Shown here one piece after another: positions 27,701 through 39,700 of a DNA stretch of 64,000 nt. A model generated the notes under the pieces. It made no database searches. It saw only the letters and a list, made by a program, of their open reading frames with translations, and had not been told where the DNA came from. The stretch comes from a virus (lineage: Duplodnaviria; Caudoviricetes). Every line of letters starts with the position of its first letter. Position 1 is the first letter of the stretch. The stretch lies in IMG/VR virus record IMGVR_UViG_3300037461_001438, positions 1-64,000 of that record, one strand, 5' to 3'. Both the position numbers and the translations under genes were made by a program.

Positions 27701-30700
27701 CGCGACCACACCATCTTACGGCATGACCGAAGATGAATTTTTGAAGCGATTTGCCGAATCCAAACGCGGATTAAAGCCAGAAGAAAGCGTCGTCAGGAGA
27801 GCCGAACCCGACTATAACGCGCTGGCCGAAAAAACGGCGCAGGGATACGTTGCAGAACAAAAAGCCGCTGAACAAAAAATAAGACAAACTCAAGGCGCCC
27901 AATTTGTTGAAATGGGCGGCAAAGAGAATCTTACAGAAGGCTACAACCTTCTTGGCGAAGACTTTAAAAAATTTCAGGACCAGCGCCGTGAGCTTGCCGA
28001 CATGCTCATGCGTGGTGGGACAGCTCGCGACCTTGATGAAATTGAACGGATCTTCGGGGACGACAAAAAGTTCATCAAGGCATACAAGAAAAATCTTGGC
28101 GAAATCGCCATCATGCAGAAAGGACGAAGCAAGCAGGCGCTCGAAAGCGAAGCCTACTTCGCCTCGAAGGGCAAGCTTGAAGAAAACGAATATTACAAAA
28201 AGCAGGTTCTACGAAAAGGCGGCATCGGGAAAGCGTTTAATCAGCAAGTGGACCTGCTCAAACGTGATGGCAAAACAGGCGAAGAGCTCTTCAGCGGAAT
28301 CAAGACAGCCTACGACGAAGCTATGCGTTGGCGTCTTCTTGAAGACGTCAATGAAAAAGTCAAAAAGCAGATCGAGGCGGGCGCAAAGCAGGGCATTGTC
28401 GATGGTGTCGGTGCGGGCGTTGAGGCGACACAGGAAAAATCAAGAAAAGCAGGACAAGCCGCGACGTTTAAAACAGCGGCAGAAGCAGACGCAGCGCTTG
28501 CTGCCCAAAGAGGCGAACAGGCCAAATCCGTAGTCCCCGATAAATACAAAAAGAAACTCGATCAGTATGCCGAGAGAGTCGCCGATCTTGAAATGATGGC
28601 CCGAACTCCAGGGCAGCGGGATGTTGTGAAGGGCCTACGGACGCAGCTTGGTTCGATGCAGGCAGGAGTAATCGGCACAGGCGGCATCGAAGCCTACGGC
28701 GCCGGCCTCAAGAAACTCGGCGGCGAGATCGACAAGACCCACAAAAAGATCATCGCCCTGAATGGCGGCATGCGTGGCGCAGGGGGAGGGGGCGCAGGTG
28801 CAGGCGGGTGGGGGATCATGCAAAAGTGGTCCCTCTACATGAGCGGCATCGCTGCAACACTCTTCGTCCTGCAGCAGGCCATCTCCTACATGCGTGCTCT
28901 GATCGGCGCCGGCCAGGAGTACGAAAAGATCCTGCGCACGACGGCGGCAGCGGCCGGCATGACAAAGAAGGAAATGCAGGGACTCGACGCTTCCTTCATG
29001 AACATCATGAAGTCCCAGGGCTACTCGCAGAAAGACCTGGCCGAAGCGGCAACCGAGCTCATGCGGCTTGGGTTGAGCTACGAGGACGCCCAAAAGAAAA
29101 TGGGCGATGTCGCCAAGGTCGCCGAGGCGACCGGCATGAAGCCTGCCGAGGCCGCCCGCGCCGTGGCACAGGACGTTCACGGGCTCACCCAGGCGTATCT
29201 CGAGCAGGCCGAGCTTCTCGACGGCACCCTCGCCAAAGCAACAGACAAGGCCGGCAAGTCGATCACGGTCATGCTCACGAAATGGTATCGCAGCAAAGAG
29301 CCCGATCTGATCAAGTTCCTCGAAAAGCTGATGAACTACATCGAGGCGAACCAGCCCAAGATCGAAAAGTTCCTCAATGCATTTATGACCGGGCTTACCA
29401 AGATCGGCGAGTTGCTCGGCATGGTGATCGACAAGGCGATGAGCCTCACCATCGCCCTCGAGAAGGCTTTCAGCAACCCGGCCTTCGGTGCGATCGCGGG
29501 TGGTGTGGGCGCAGGTCTTGTCGGCAAGTGGGCCCTTGGCAAAACTGCGGCAAAGCTGACAGCCTATGGCGCAAGCGAAGCGGTCGCCGGCGGCCTTGGT
29601 GCCACAGCGGCTGGCGCGGCGATGAAGACCGGTGCTGCCGCTGTCGGCGGAGCCGTTGCTGGAGTCGCGCTGCCGGTGACCGTTGCCGCCGGGACAATCT
29701 ACGCCCTTACCAAATATGCCGAAGCACAACGTGAGGAAGAAGTCAGCTCGGCAATCGGAATCAAAGAACCGAATGCACGACTCAATGCGTTGATGGCCAT
29801 TCGCGACGAACGTGTCGGCGAGAAATACGGGATCGATATGGCCGAATGGCCATACCCGGAAGAGCTTGAAAAAATGCGTGAAGAGTCGGCCAACGCGACA
29901 GATGCGTTGAGTCTTCTGACCCAAGCAATCGAGGCGACGAAGACCGAACTTGATGCGTTCAAGGCAAGGGCGAAAACCCTTCATGACATCCGCCGCGAAG
30001 TCGAGCCCGATGGGCGCAGTTACATGCGCTTCGACGACAAAGAACTCGATGCCCTCATAAAGGATATGTTTTCAAAGGGCGGCTTCGGCGAAAACACGTA
30101 TGCCAAAGGCCTTGATGCAGAAATCAAACTTGCAAAACGACAGCTTGATCGACTGAAAGCAACACCTGGAACAGAAGAGCTACAGGCCGACTACGGCAAA
30201 TTTATCGAACAAAAAGAATACGAAAAGTGGTTCACGCTGAGTCAGCGCAGAATGGGCGGCATACGCGAATACTCGCAAGTCTTCGGCGCCCCGGCCGCAA
30301 CGATTCAGGAGCAGCCGCAGTTTGCGGCCCCGGCAAGCCGCTACGACGACATCTTCAAAGAGGCGGCCGACAAATTCAGTATTTCGGTCGACCTGCTCAA
30401 GGCCGTCGCCTGGCAGGAGTCGCGTTACAACCCGGTTGCAGTCTCCAAGGCAGGTGCCGTCGGCGTCATGCAGATCATGCCGGATACGGCCAAGGAACTC
30501 GGCGTCACCGACCGCTACGACCCGCGGGAAAGCATCTTCGGCGGAGCCAAGTACCTTTCGCAGCAGATGAACCGCTTCGGCGGCGACACGGCCCTTGCCC
30601 TTGCAGCCTACAACGCAGGCCCTGGCGCTGTCATCAGAAACGGCGGCATCCCGCCCTACAAGGAAACACAAAACTACGTCCAGAAGATCATGGGCGGTGT

Positions 30701-32507
30701 GGCCACAGCCGGTACGACCGACACCTTCCGGCCGATGATAGAAAAGACGGTCAGGAATGAAGTGGCGCAGCTTGGACTCCCGCCGAAGCGGGCCGAGGAG
30801 CTCGTGCAGTCGAGGATCTTTGCCGAAGAGCAGAAGCTCAAGGCGCCGACGATGAGCTTCTACGAGCAGCTCTTCAACATGACTGGTAAGACCGACGAAA
30901 AATACTGGGACAATGAGCTTGCGAAGATCAAGCAGGAGTCCCAGACGCTCGGCAAACAGGCAACGCCCGAACAGCAGGCTGCGTTCGAGTACCAGGCGGA
31001 ATGGTTACAGAAAGAGCGACGGCGCGCGCCGCAGGTGAGGGCCCTTGAGGGGATCGAGGAGACAACCGGAGTAACACCGAAGGCCCTGATCGACATCCGT
31101 AAAGAACGAGAGACGGAGGCTTATCGCACCAAAATCAATCAAGAATGGGTCAAAGGCAACCAGGAAACCATTGCCAAACTGGAAAAAGCCCATGCTATCG
31201 AGATGCTAAAACTCGACATGCAAGGATACGCCGGCCGCCTCAAGGCAAACGAGGACTTCTTCAGCGAGACAGGCCTCATGACAAAGGACTTCCAGTCGCT
31301 CGAGGTCAAGTCACTCGAAGACCACATCGAGATCTTAAGAAAGTCCGGCAAGTACAACGAGGACGAGCTCGCAAAACTTTACGAATACCGCATGGAAAAC
31401 CTGCGGCGGAAATTCATCGAGCCGGCCAAGCAGGAGCTTGAAAAGCTCTTCGGCGCGACCGGCCGCATGGCGCCCGAGCTCAAAAAGATGGAAGCCCTCG
31501 AAATCGAAGACGACGTCAAGAAAATGCAGGACAAGAACCTGCCGGAAGACCAGATCGAAGAGTACCGATGGCGCCGCTACCTCGATCTGAACGCGAAGGT
31601 GCTGGAGAGCACCGATGACGTCGCAAGCGGCATGCAGGCGGCCTGGCTGCGCTACCAGGCGACGGTCGAGCCGCTTGCGAAGTCGGTGTCCGACACATGG
31701 GTCAACGCGGCCCACAGCATGGAGTCGGCCTTCAAAGAAGGCTTCTTCGACATGATGGAGGCGAACTTCGACAACCTCCAGGAGACGGCCACGAACGCCC
31801 TCAAGATCATCCAGCGAGCCATGGCGGCAACCCTCTTTGATATGGTCAAAATGCCGATCATGGGTGCCGCCAAGACTGGCATGGACAGTCTTTTCAAAAA
31901 CATTTTTGGGCCATCAGGAGCCACTAAGACAACGCCAACCACCGGCGACCGTCTGATTCCAGATTTTGGAGTTGCAAAAGGTGGAGCCTTCACTCCAGGC
32001 GGCCATTACGCCTTCGAAAAGGGTGGGGTGGTCGACCGGCCGACCTACTTCCGCTTCGCCAAAGGCAAAGGCCTGATGGGCGAGGCCGGCCCCGAGGCGG
32101 TGATGCCGCTCGAGAAGACGGCCGGCGGCGGCCTGGGCGTCAAGGCCTTAAGCGAAAAGCACGGCCCGATGATCATGCCGCTGAAGCGCATGCCAGACGG
32201 CGACCTGGGAGTCCAGGCGCAATTTGCCGCCGGAGGCGTGTTCGGTGCCAACGAAACGTTACAACCGAATCCGCAGATGGAAGCCGCCCAACAGGCCGCC
32301 CAGCCAGCAGCAGGAAGCGGTGGTGATGTGAAGGTCATCATCAACAACCATACCGGAGAGAAAGTCGAAGCCAAAGAGAGCCGTGGCCCCAGTGGCAACC
32401 GTGAGCTTGAAGTGATGATTGGTAATGCCTTGATGAAAGACGGGCCAGCCTCAAGGGCCCTGCAGCAGACTTACGGGTTGTCCCGGCGCGGCGTCATGAG
32501 AGGTTAA
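24717..32507 (+). CDS. Tape measure protein with accessory domains (GIY-YIG, wHTH-like, HExxH, TnsA-like nuclease, SLT)
   Basis: Position; Ala/Gly-rich core; C-terminal GEAGPEAVMPL; SLT motifs QESRYNP, GVMQIMP, AAYNAG; other motifs are given in findings. Confidence 0.9.
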   Translation: MAELNLTVDSTAAVGGVNRLETALESALVKAEALQRSLHMQFSMGKGHDATTAAMTKAERMMKAEATALKRAMKGLEVDIKATISTKHLIKDMRAIQRAITAYGPLKIYAIVETKGVAGAASAAKAAGEEIRKERAAKKEAKPAAAAVMDTVAAPAVAAASKGVGSNFVPGRDVDEVIGRYRREDQLWVDKTGSHRINDYNDAIRIAKERGGTVLPISGENRQWAVALESLEKVKYELDAIRSEPPKTSPGVVSAPADAKHGVYVARSLATGERKKGITDDIDQRMAEHNAGKGGKYTKRDGGPYVLERWSGLVYPDEASARVMEKKIQKSSSAMNKIPEVVREDADLRILKAYRDLAKGRGLSNVEIADIRDKAGVGQGEIARFLTARSQAGQAVMSLGDGSVSTKRVRGGAVELLGKKNLLARIDNVEDQIIEAEKRLSKPRTMQPQPVQPKVVEPQPPKLPVEPIPESTAESKAKADERMARAKLRDQAQQNLYTKKKKVEPEPTPAPTPEPKVIRRPSKRTISATPFAPSTEPGIVFDTAVKNLSKKETVASGRLFPFMGEAWNDPKYRSVTAPLNRLWGEIVNRTKDVEGGKHQRIPMLEKQLEAHWGKQTDVGKALALLQRAATEKTIEISRYPKVFNPESKPPDTDVHKVDALKRFLESKGVKVGEREAGSYGYQRDGIVASPTREQSLKQLQRMFRGQDIQQTGKGAYEIVTKGGARLPWQTVGDLPHQRVGQYTVGEGVKVLRGKGTQMITGYHEQAHWLEDTGLMRPQQAEALTKHLRQIGMASDAESRARFLGDTMFRRASGVRQDLPSKIERLVQSIESGKIFEKAPLFPKGGGIDANTRSYGMGQDEIPPYQKRLGSKHGFFESQKNDRRIWYDSQLELGRLMQLEQDQAVAAYGRAQRQIPYEYGGKRYSYTPDLEVVRSDGSRMVEEIKPSATKAGMMYGSIPKETAKVNAAIEYLKKAGIGYDIISEKEIGRDFMKQARATTPSYGMTEDEFLKRFAESKRGLKPEESVVRRAEPDYNALAEKTAQGYVAEQKAAEQKIRQTQGAQFVEMGGKENLTEGYNLLGEDFKKFQDQRRELADMLMRGGTARDLDEIERIFGDDKKFIKAYKKNLGEIAIMQKGRSKQALESEAYFASKGKLEENEYYKKQVLRKGGIGKAFNQQVDLLKRDGKTGEELFSGIKTAYDEAMRWRLLEDVNEKVKKQIEAGAKQGIVDGVGAGVEATQEKSRKAGQAATFKTAAEADAALAAQRGEQAKSVVPDKYKKKLDQYAERVADLEMMARTPGQRDVVKGLRTQLGSMQAGVIGTGGIEAYGAGLKKLGGEIDKTHKKIIALNGGMRGAGGGGAGAGGWGIMQKWSLYMSGIAATLFVLQQAISYMRALIGAGQEYEKILRTTAAAAGMTKKEMQGLDASFMNIMKSQGYSQKDLAEAATELMRLGLSYEDAQKKMGDVAKVAEATGMKPAEAARAVAQDVHGLTQAYLEQAELLDGTLAKATDKAGKSITVMLTKWYRSKEPDLIKFLEKLMNYIEANQPKIEKFLNAFMTGLTKIGELLGMVIDKAMSLTIALEKAFSNPAFGAIAGGVGAGLVGKWALGKTAAKLTAYGASEAVAGGLGATAAGAAMKTGAAAVGGAVAGVALPVTVAAGTIYALTKYAEAQREEEVSSAIGIKEPNARLNALMAIRDERVGEKYGIDMAEWPYPEELEKMREESANATDALSLLTQAIEATKTELDAFKARAKTLHDIRREVEPDGRSYMRFDDKELDALIKDMFSKGGFGENTYAKGLDAEIKLAKRQLDRLKATPGTEELQADYGKFIEQKEYEKWFTLSQRRMGGIREYSQVFGAPAATIQEQPQFAAPASRYDDIFKEAADKFSISVDLLKAVAWQESRYNPVAVSKAGAVGVMQIMPDTAKELGVTDRYDPRESIFGGAKYLSQQMNRFGGDTALALAAYNAGPGAVIRNGGIPPYKETQNYVQKIMGGVATAGTTDTFRPMIEKTVRNEVAQLGLPPKRAEELVQSRIFAEEQKLKAPTMSFYEQLFNMTGKTDEKYWDNELAKIKQESQTLGKQATPEQQAAFEYQAEWLQKERRRAPQVRALEGIEETTGVTPKALIDIRKERETEAYRTKINQEWVKGNQETIAKLEKAHAIEMLKLDMQGYAGRLKANEDFFSETGLMTKDFQSLEVKSLEDHIEILRKSGKYNEDELAKLYEYRMENLRRKFIEPAKQELEKLFGATGRMAPELKKMEALEIEDDVKKMQDKNLPEDQIEEYRWRRYLDLNAKVLESTDDVASGMQAAWLRYQATVEPLAKSVSDTWVNAAHSMESAFKEGFFDMMEANFDNLQETATNALKIIQRAMAATLFDMVKMPIMGAAKTGMDSLFKNIFGPSGATKTTPTTGDRLIPDFGVAKGGAFTPGGHYAFEKGGVVDRPTYFRFAKGKGLMGEAGPEAVMPLEKTAGGGLGVKALSEKHGPMIMPLKRMPDGDLGVQAQFAAGGVFGANETLQPNPQMEAAQQAAQPAAGSGGDVKVIINNHTGEKVEAKESRGPSGNRELEVMIGNALMKDGPASRALQQTYGLSRRGVMRG

Positions 32508-32510
32508 AAG

Positions 32511-32867
32511 ATGGCAACAGCGTGGCCAACACAGAATTTGCCAAACTATCTGACGGATGAAGACGCGGTTGAAATAATGCCAGACAATACGATCCGCGGC
32601 AAAATGGATGTCGGCCCGCCGAAACTTAGGCAACGCTCAACGTCGGCACCGACGATATTCCGAGGGTCGTTGCTTCTCAATAGTACGCAGGCGGGTTACT
32701 TCGAAACATTCTACAGATCGACCCTAAAGCACGGGAGCCTCCCGTTCACATGGGTCCACCCACGCACCCGGAATTCTGCCGATATGAACTTCGTCGGCCA
32801 ACCTGAAATGATCTACGTCGGCGGCGGCTGGTGGAAGGTTAACCTTGTTCTGGAGATCCTTGTATGA
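32511..32867 (+). CDS. Distal tail protein (lambda gpM-like)
   Basis: MDVGPPKLRQR, FETFY...G.LPFTW.HP. Confidence 0.7.
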   Translation: MATAWPTQNLPNYLTDEDAVEIMPDNTIRGKMDVGPPKLRQRSTSAPTIFRGSLLLNSTQAGYFETFYRSTLKHGSLPFTWVHPRTRNSADMNFVGQPEMIYVGGGWWKVNLVLEILV

Positions 32868-33337
32868 GCCGGAACGTCTCTTCGGTATTCAGGCAGGCTG
32901 CATATGCGCAGCAGACCGACCAGATCTATCTTGTCTGCCTTGAAATCAACCACGCAAGCCTCGCCCAGCCGATCCGCGTTGTGAACAACTATTCAAACAT
33001 CACTTCGGGCGGCAACGAATACATCGGGTTCCCGTTCGATATCGAGCTGCCACAGGACTTCGAGGACGCACTGCCAAATGTCAACATTGCCATCTGCAAT
33101 GTCGACCGGCAGATCGTCTACGCGATCCGAAGCCTCACCGGGCCACCGACGATCACGATGTTTGTCGTGCTCGCGTCAAGCCCCAACACGATTGAAGCCG
33201 GCCCCTACACCATGACATTGAGATCGGCCAATTATGATGCCATGGCCGTCTCTGGGACAATCGTACCAGAAATTGTGGCGGATGAAGCATTTCCCGGCGA
33301 TTACTTCACGCCGGGAAACTTCCCGGGCCTCTTTTGA
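32864..33337 (+). CDS. Tail tip protein (DUF1833/gpL-like)
   Basis: LEINH..L..PIRVV, YIGFPFDIELP, I.NVD. Confidence 0.75.
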   Translation: MSRNVSSVFRQAAYAQQTDQIYLVCLEINHASLAQPIRVVNNYSNITSGGNEYIGFPFDIELPQDFEDALPNVNIAICNVDRQIVYAIRSLTGPPTITMFVVLASSPNTIEAGPYTMTLRSANYDAMAVSGTIVPEIVADEAFPGDYFTPGNFPGLF

Positions 33338-33735
33338 TGCAGCCTGACCTGTCAAAATATGTCGGCATCCCTTTTGTAGACCACGGCCGCAACCTGGCCG
33401 GCTGTGACTGTTGGGGCCTTATCCGGCTTATTTATAAAAATGAGTTCGGTATCGACCTGCCGGACATGGGGCCGCTCTATAATCATGTTTCAGACATGAG
33501 CGGCATGGCGAATATTTATGTAGACCAGCTTCCGAAGTGGGAGAAAACGCAAGCTCCGAAAACGGGAGATGTCGTTTTACTGAGAATTCAATCTGTCCCG
33601 ATCCATGTAGGGATCGTTCTTGATGGCAGCACAATGCTTCACGTCATGCAGGGCTGCGATGCGGTTGTTGAAAACTTTAATACGCCATTGTGGAAGAACC
33701 GTGTGGAAGGATTTTATCGATGGAAAAAGTCTTAG
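33337..33735 (+). CDS. NlpC/P60 tail assembly protein (gpK-like)
   Basis: YVGIPF...GR...GCDCWGL, HVGI, MLH. Confidence 0.85.
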   Translation: MQPDLSKYVGIPFVDHGRNLAGCDCWGLIRLIYKNEFGIDLPDMGPLYNHVSDMSGMANIYVDQLPKWEKTQAPKTGDVVLLRIQSVPIHVGIVLDGSTMLHVMQGCDAVVENFNTPLWKNRVEGFYRWKKS

Positions 33736-36700
33736 TCGCCTGCCGAAAAAATCCGTTCATTCCAGGCCATGCTGACGTTGAACTGGCCGAAGGCGGCACC
33801 ATCGCCGAAATCCTCGACCAGGTAGGCTTGATGAAAACGGCCGAAATCCACAGCGGGATTTTCGTTTTCATCGATGACCGTCTGATAGAACGAGATGCGT
33901 GGCAAACCACAAAACCGACAAACGGCTCAACTGTTTCAATCGGTATTGCCCCAGGAGGGGGAGGCGGCGGTGGCGGCGGCAAGAATGCAATGCGCACGGT
34001 CGCAATGATCGCCGTAATGGTCATCGCGATCGCTGCAAGCTATGGCGCAGCGACAGTTTTGGCTCCAGGGATGGGTTTTGCCGCTGGCGGGCTTGGGGCA
34101 AGCATAATTGGAGGGATCGCCGGAGCAGCTGTCGGCATTGCCGGAGCCATGCTCGTCAACGCCCTTATCCCGCCGCCAACGCCCAAGAACAGCTCGGATA
34201 GTGGTCCCAACTATCTCTCCCGTATGGGGAACCGCATGGACCCTTACGGGCCTGTCCCGAAGATTTATGGAAAACACAGAGTCTTCCCACGCTACGCCTC
34301 AATGCCTTACACAGAGCTAGTCGGCTCAAAGGAAAACTATCTCCATTGCCTGTTCTTGATTGGAAAAGGCAAATACGATCTTTCCGATTTTAAAATCGGC
34401 GACACGGCGCTTTCATCGTACCAAGGCGTCGAAATGGCGATTTACAATACCGACTACACTCTCGACTTCCCATTATTTCCAAATGACGTAGGTGAAGAAT
34501 CGCTCTCGATCCTGCTTGAGCAAAATGTCCAGCATGTGAGGACGACCACGACAGATGTCGAGCACATCTCGCTTGAATTCACCTTCCCAGAGGGACTCTA
34601 TCGAATTTCAAGCAGCGGGGGCAGGCGCGCTACAACCGTTGAATTCACCATTGAATATTCACCTAAAAATCAAAATAATTGGAAGGCCATGGGCGGCACA
34701 AGAATAAATGTCGCCAATAATCCCACAACCCTTCTTGCAGTCGGCCAAACCGCAACAAGCGCTACCGGCTCCGGAACGATTGCAAAAATCCATTATTCGG
34801 TAATCCAGCAATTCGTCGAAACAATAGAAATAATCGAATCCTACGGCATCGGATGGTGCCCAGAATCCGGCGGCTGCTATAATGTGATTCGATACGAAGA
34901 CGTCTATCAAGATGTAACCGTGGTGTCCGCGATCGATGTCTCGGTCACAAGCGGATCTTTCTCTGCCAGTCAGACTGTCCAGGTTGAATATTCCCCTGGT
35001 AATTACGTCAATTTGACATCGACAAGCGTCTACTTGAATCCGTCTACCGTTCATGATGAAAACGGCGCCCCTTTCAGATGGGGAACATCGTTCGATGTCC
35101 CCAAAGGCCAATACGATATCAGGGTTACCCGTACAAGCTCGCACTCGGAAAGCAACCATTATTACAGCACCTACTGGACAGTGCTCCGCGGCGTCACCAA
35201 GCAAGTACCCGTCACCCTCACCGGCTGTACTTTAGTTGCACTGCGGATCAAGGCGTCGAACCAGTTGAACGGCGTGCTTGATCAATTTAACTGCATGGCC
35301 GAAGGTTTTGTCGAAGTGTGGGATGGAGCTAATTGGACCCTTGCCAAAAGCAGGAGCCCCGTGTGGGCTTTTGTCGATATTCTATGCGGAACGTCGAACA
35401 AGCGGCCAATCAGCAAATCACGAATCGATCTTGACGCCGCCATAGGATGGCATCACTACTGCGTGGAAGAAGGATTTAATTTTGATGCCATCATCGATTA
35501 CAAGACAACCGTTTGGGAACTTCTGCGGCAAGTCTGTGCGGTTGGCCGTGGCAGCCCAGGCATGACCGACAACAAATTCACTATCATCGGTGACATGCCA
35601 AAGCCGATGCCGGTCCAGCACTTCAGCCCGAGAAACTCGTGGGGCTTTTCCGGAAGCCGTGTCTTCCCCGATATCCCGCATGCGCTTCGCGTTCGCTTTC
35701 CGAACGAAGTAAAACAATACGAAGAAGACGAATGCATCATCTATGATGATGGCTACAATTCCGGCAATGCCACGATCTACGAAACAATCGAATTCTTTGG
35801 CGTGACCAATTACAACCACTGCTGGAAACTTGGCCGCTACCATCTTGCCACACTCAGGCTCAGGCCGGAAACATATCAATTCAATACCGATGTCGAGCAC
35901 ATGGTCTGCACCCGCGGCGACAGGGTGCGCTTGACGCATGACGTCCTGCTTGTTGGCCTTGGACAAGGGCGCATCAAGTCCATCTCGACCACATCGATCT
36001 CAATCGACGATGAAGTTGTAATGGTGACCGGAAAGACATACGGCTTTCAATTCAGGCGCTCGGACGGAACATTCAAGACATGTACTCTTACAACCGTAAA
36101 CGGTACCCATCCGGCCGGGACTGCCTTGACCATCAGCCCAGCAATGAATCCTGCCGATCTGCCTGCCGTCGGGGATCTTGCCTTCTGGGGTGAGTCCGAA
36201 CATGAGGCAATCGAAGTCGTCGTTTCACGCATCGAGCCTGGGCCTGATCTTACCGCAAAGCTAACCTGCATTCCTTACAATGAGGCCATCTACACAGCCG
36301 ACCAAGGGACCATCCCGATATGGGATTCGAACATCACGTTGCCGCCTGTTGTCGACCGCAGGCCGCCAAAGCCCAAGATCGTCTCGTCGATTTATAACTA
36401 CAGGCCAGAACAGCTCAACCCGGACGGCACAGTTGCCCTCATAATGAGCGTTGGCTTCTCGATGAACGCAACCGGATTTCTTATTTCAGGCTATCCAGAA
36501 ACAAGTGCCGGGTTCATTGCCCAATATCGGGAAGACGATGCTCAGTGGACAGAACTGCCGCACCTGTCCCGGGAGCAGCGAAAATTTGAGTTCCCTGTCA
36601 AAAACGGCCTTGTCTACGACATGCGGATCAGAAGCTTCAACTACCCAAACGGGCTGTCCGATTGGGATACGCTCGAAAACGTCACCGTCGACTTCGCGGC

Positions 36701-39700
36701 CCAACCGCCGTCGATGATTGCAAACCTTCGCTGTGTCGGCGGCGGGACAAGCTTCACGACCACAGATCTTGAGGTCACCTGGGACACCGTTATCAACGAG
36801 TATGGCGGCGCATCCATTCTCGACTATAAGGTTGAAGTGCGATCAAGCGATGGGAACACCCTGCGGCGAACCGAATTCGTTACGCAGAATTATTACATGT
36901 ACGACTTCGATAAAAATGTCACCGATGGCGGCCCGACGCCGGCATTGCAGATTCGCGTGTGGGCGCGAAACAAATTCGACGTTCTCTCCGACACCTTTGC
37001 AAGCGCTGTCTTTACGAACCCGGCGCCGCAAAACCCAAGCGGGCTCACTTCATATTCTCCGATGGGCGGAGTTGAATTCGGCTGGAACGCAAACACCGAA
37101 GCCGACTTCAGCCATTTCATCTATCGGTTTAAAATCGGTGACGACCCCGAGGAGCCCTGGAGCGGGTGGAAACTTGCTCCGGCAACGGCTTTCTTTAAAA
37201 TGTTTTCTGAAGACGAAAAAGCGCTTTATGGAGAAACGCCTGAATTTTATTTCGAGATAAAAGCCGTCGATGTCTTTTTCCAGGAATCAGGTGCCACAGC
37301 GTCGAACCAGACTGCAGGTTCGCTCAATATCGACCTTACCGATATCGATGATTTCGCGATCAACGCTTCGAAGATCTTCATGAAAATTCCGGTCATTCAA
37401 AATTTGACCCTAACCGACAACTCGCCTTCAGCTGGACGCATTTCGTGGAGCGACTGCGAAATCTACTACAATGGCAACAAGTATGAAATTAACGCTGGCA
37501 GCACGCCGGAAAACCCGGAGTCTCCAGCGCTTCCATACAGGTATATTTACTGGAAAGACCTTGCCACCGGAACCAGCTTCGCCACCGGCTTTCTCGTCTC
37601 GCAGGAGCACCCGGCTGACATCGAATCCGACTGGAAATCCGGTGAAGACTTCATCATCGCCGTCAACGTCAACGGGGTGGCCCAGGAGGCCTGGAACGCA
37701 ATCGCAAACCAAGTGATCGGGTCAGCCTATATCATGAATGCCGCAATCGAAGATGCCCACATCAAAGAGCTGAACGGCTCAAAGATCATCGCCTCAAGCT
37801 CAATTGCGATCGGCAGCCGCACCTTTGGTGCAGGCGGCATGCAAATCGAATACGATGGCGACCACGGCGCACAATTTCATATCGGGAACGGATTGACCGG
37901 CGATGATGCTCGCTACATGAAATATATCGGAGGTGATGTTCTTCTCAAAGGAACCTTTATCCTCGAAGAAGGATCGATGGGATTTGTGCATCTTTCGGAT
38001 GCGCCAAAATTCTTCAACCAAGGCATAATGCCCACATCGACCCCCGGCGACCAAACAATAAACTTTGCCCTTCTTGGCCCAACACATGATGGTTATGGCT
38101 ACGATCCGCAAGGCGGCCCCATATTCGAGCATCCGACATCGGGAACCTTTTCTACTTATTTCACAAAAAACGGATCAGCGGATTTTAGGACATATACCTA
38201 TTTTACTTCCGGATCAAATTATTTAGTTTGGAACAATGAACCATCTTTCAACTGTGGGATGGATTCATCTAGTGATTATGGAGCAGCTACTTGCGTGCCG
38301 GTAATCACAAGAAGCGGACCCGTAAATATCGACTTTACTTATCCATATAACAATTATGCCGATGAAGATGCGATAACAAATCCACTTGATAGTTCATATG
38401 GGAAAACATGCGTTGCATTAACAAAAAGCTCTCCTTCATATAACGGAACCAACCCACCAGAATACGGGGTCGGATCGAATAGTGGCCTTTATTTGGTCCT
38501 CGGACTCAATTCCTCAGACTTGGGCGGCAATGCAAGCGGTAAATTAAGAGTCATCCAAAGGGTGAATGGGACAAACACAACTGTTGCAAGCGTTAACCAT
38601 ACCTATACAAACAGAAGAATCTACACCGGGTCATCAAATCCTTGGAGATATATATGGACAAATTCTGTCGACAATCCAACATACGCGTCATCAACCACTG
38701 AAAATTCAATCATTAGATTCCAAGACGGAGCTAAAAAAATAATAAAGCTAAGAATGTGGCGACAGGGCTCCAATCAAGTACCAAGTGCTGTTGAGATCCA
38801 AGGATCAAACACGGGTTCGTTCACAGGAGAACAAACAACAATTTACACAAACAGTTCACTTGGGACATGGTCTTACCCGGCGTGGAAAGATCTTACTTTT
38901 GAAAATCTAAACAGCTATGAATATTATAAAATAATCCTAACCTTCCCGTCTGTGAACTGGACTAGCATGACTTCCATGCAAATAATGGATGCAAGCAATA
39001 TTAATCTTGGAACCCCAAAATTTTCAAGATTTAGCTGGTCAATTGACTTTGACGATCATACATTTTCAGTATATGAAGATGGGGCCACAGTCATCAGTAA
39101 CCAAAGTTTTTCTTCGTCGATCGATTCTTATTTGACAAGCAATGTCCAATTTAGCTTCTACAATTTTCAAACATACAAAGGCATGAAATGTTTCCAAAAT
39201 GTTAAAATATGGGCAAATGAATTCAACCCTGATCCGAACTCAATAACTATCGGGAAGATCAGCTCTAATGCTGCAAGGGCATGGCTTAGATTTGAAAATG
39301 TAAATATTCCCAAAAATGCGACAATTAACTCTGCAAAATTAGTTTTTAATTCAAAATCGCAACTTTCAGGAACTGTTAATGTAAGAATCCAAATTGAGAA
39401 TGCTGAAAACCCATTGGTGCCAGTGTATTATTCCGATCTTGTCGGAAGATCACTTGGAACTGCAAGTGACAAATCAATCACTTCACAATGGAACGCTGAA
39501 CAATCTTACGAGATAACAGGTCTTGAAGCCATTTTTGAAGAGCACTTTGGAAGATCATATTGGCAGGAAGGGAATACAATCCAAATTCATATTCTGGACA
39601 ATGGATCATCTTCCAGCGTCAATAGAATGATTTACTCTTACGAAGCAAACATAAATAAAAAAGCATATCTTGTCATTAACGTCGACACCCAGGAATATAC

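Noticed and set aside
23000-29984. Long antisense ORFs (e.g. 23000-23902, 28635-29984; also 3453-4205, 44537-45220)
   Set aside because: These are shadows of high-GC3 genes on the opposite strand, with no RBS context or recognisable motifs.
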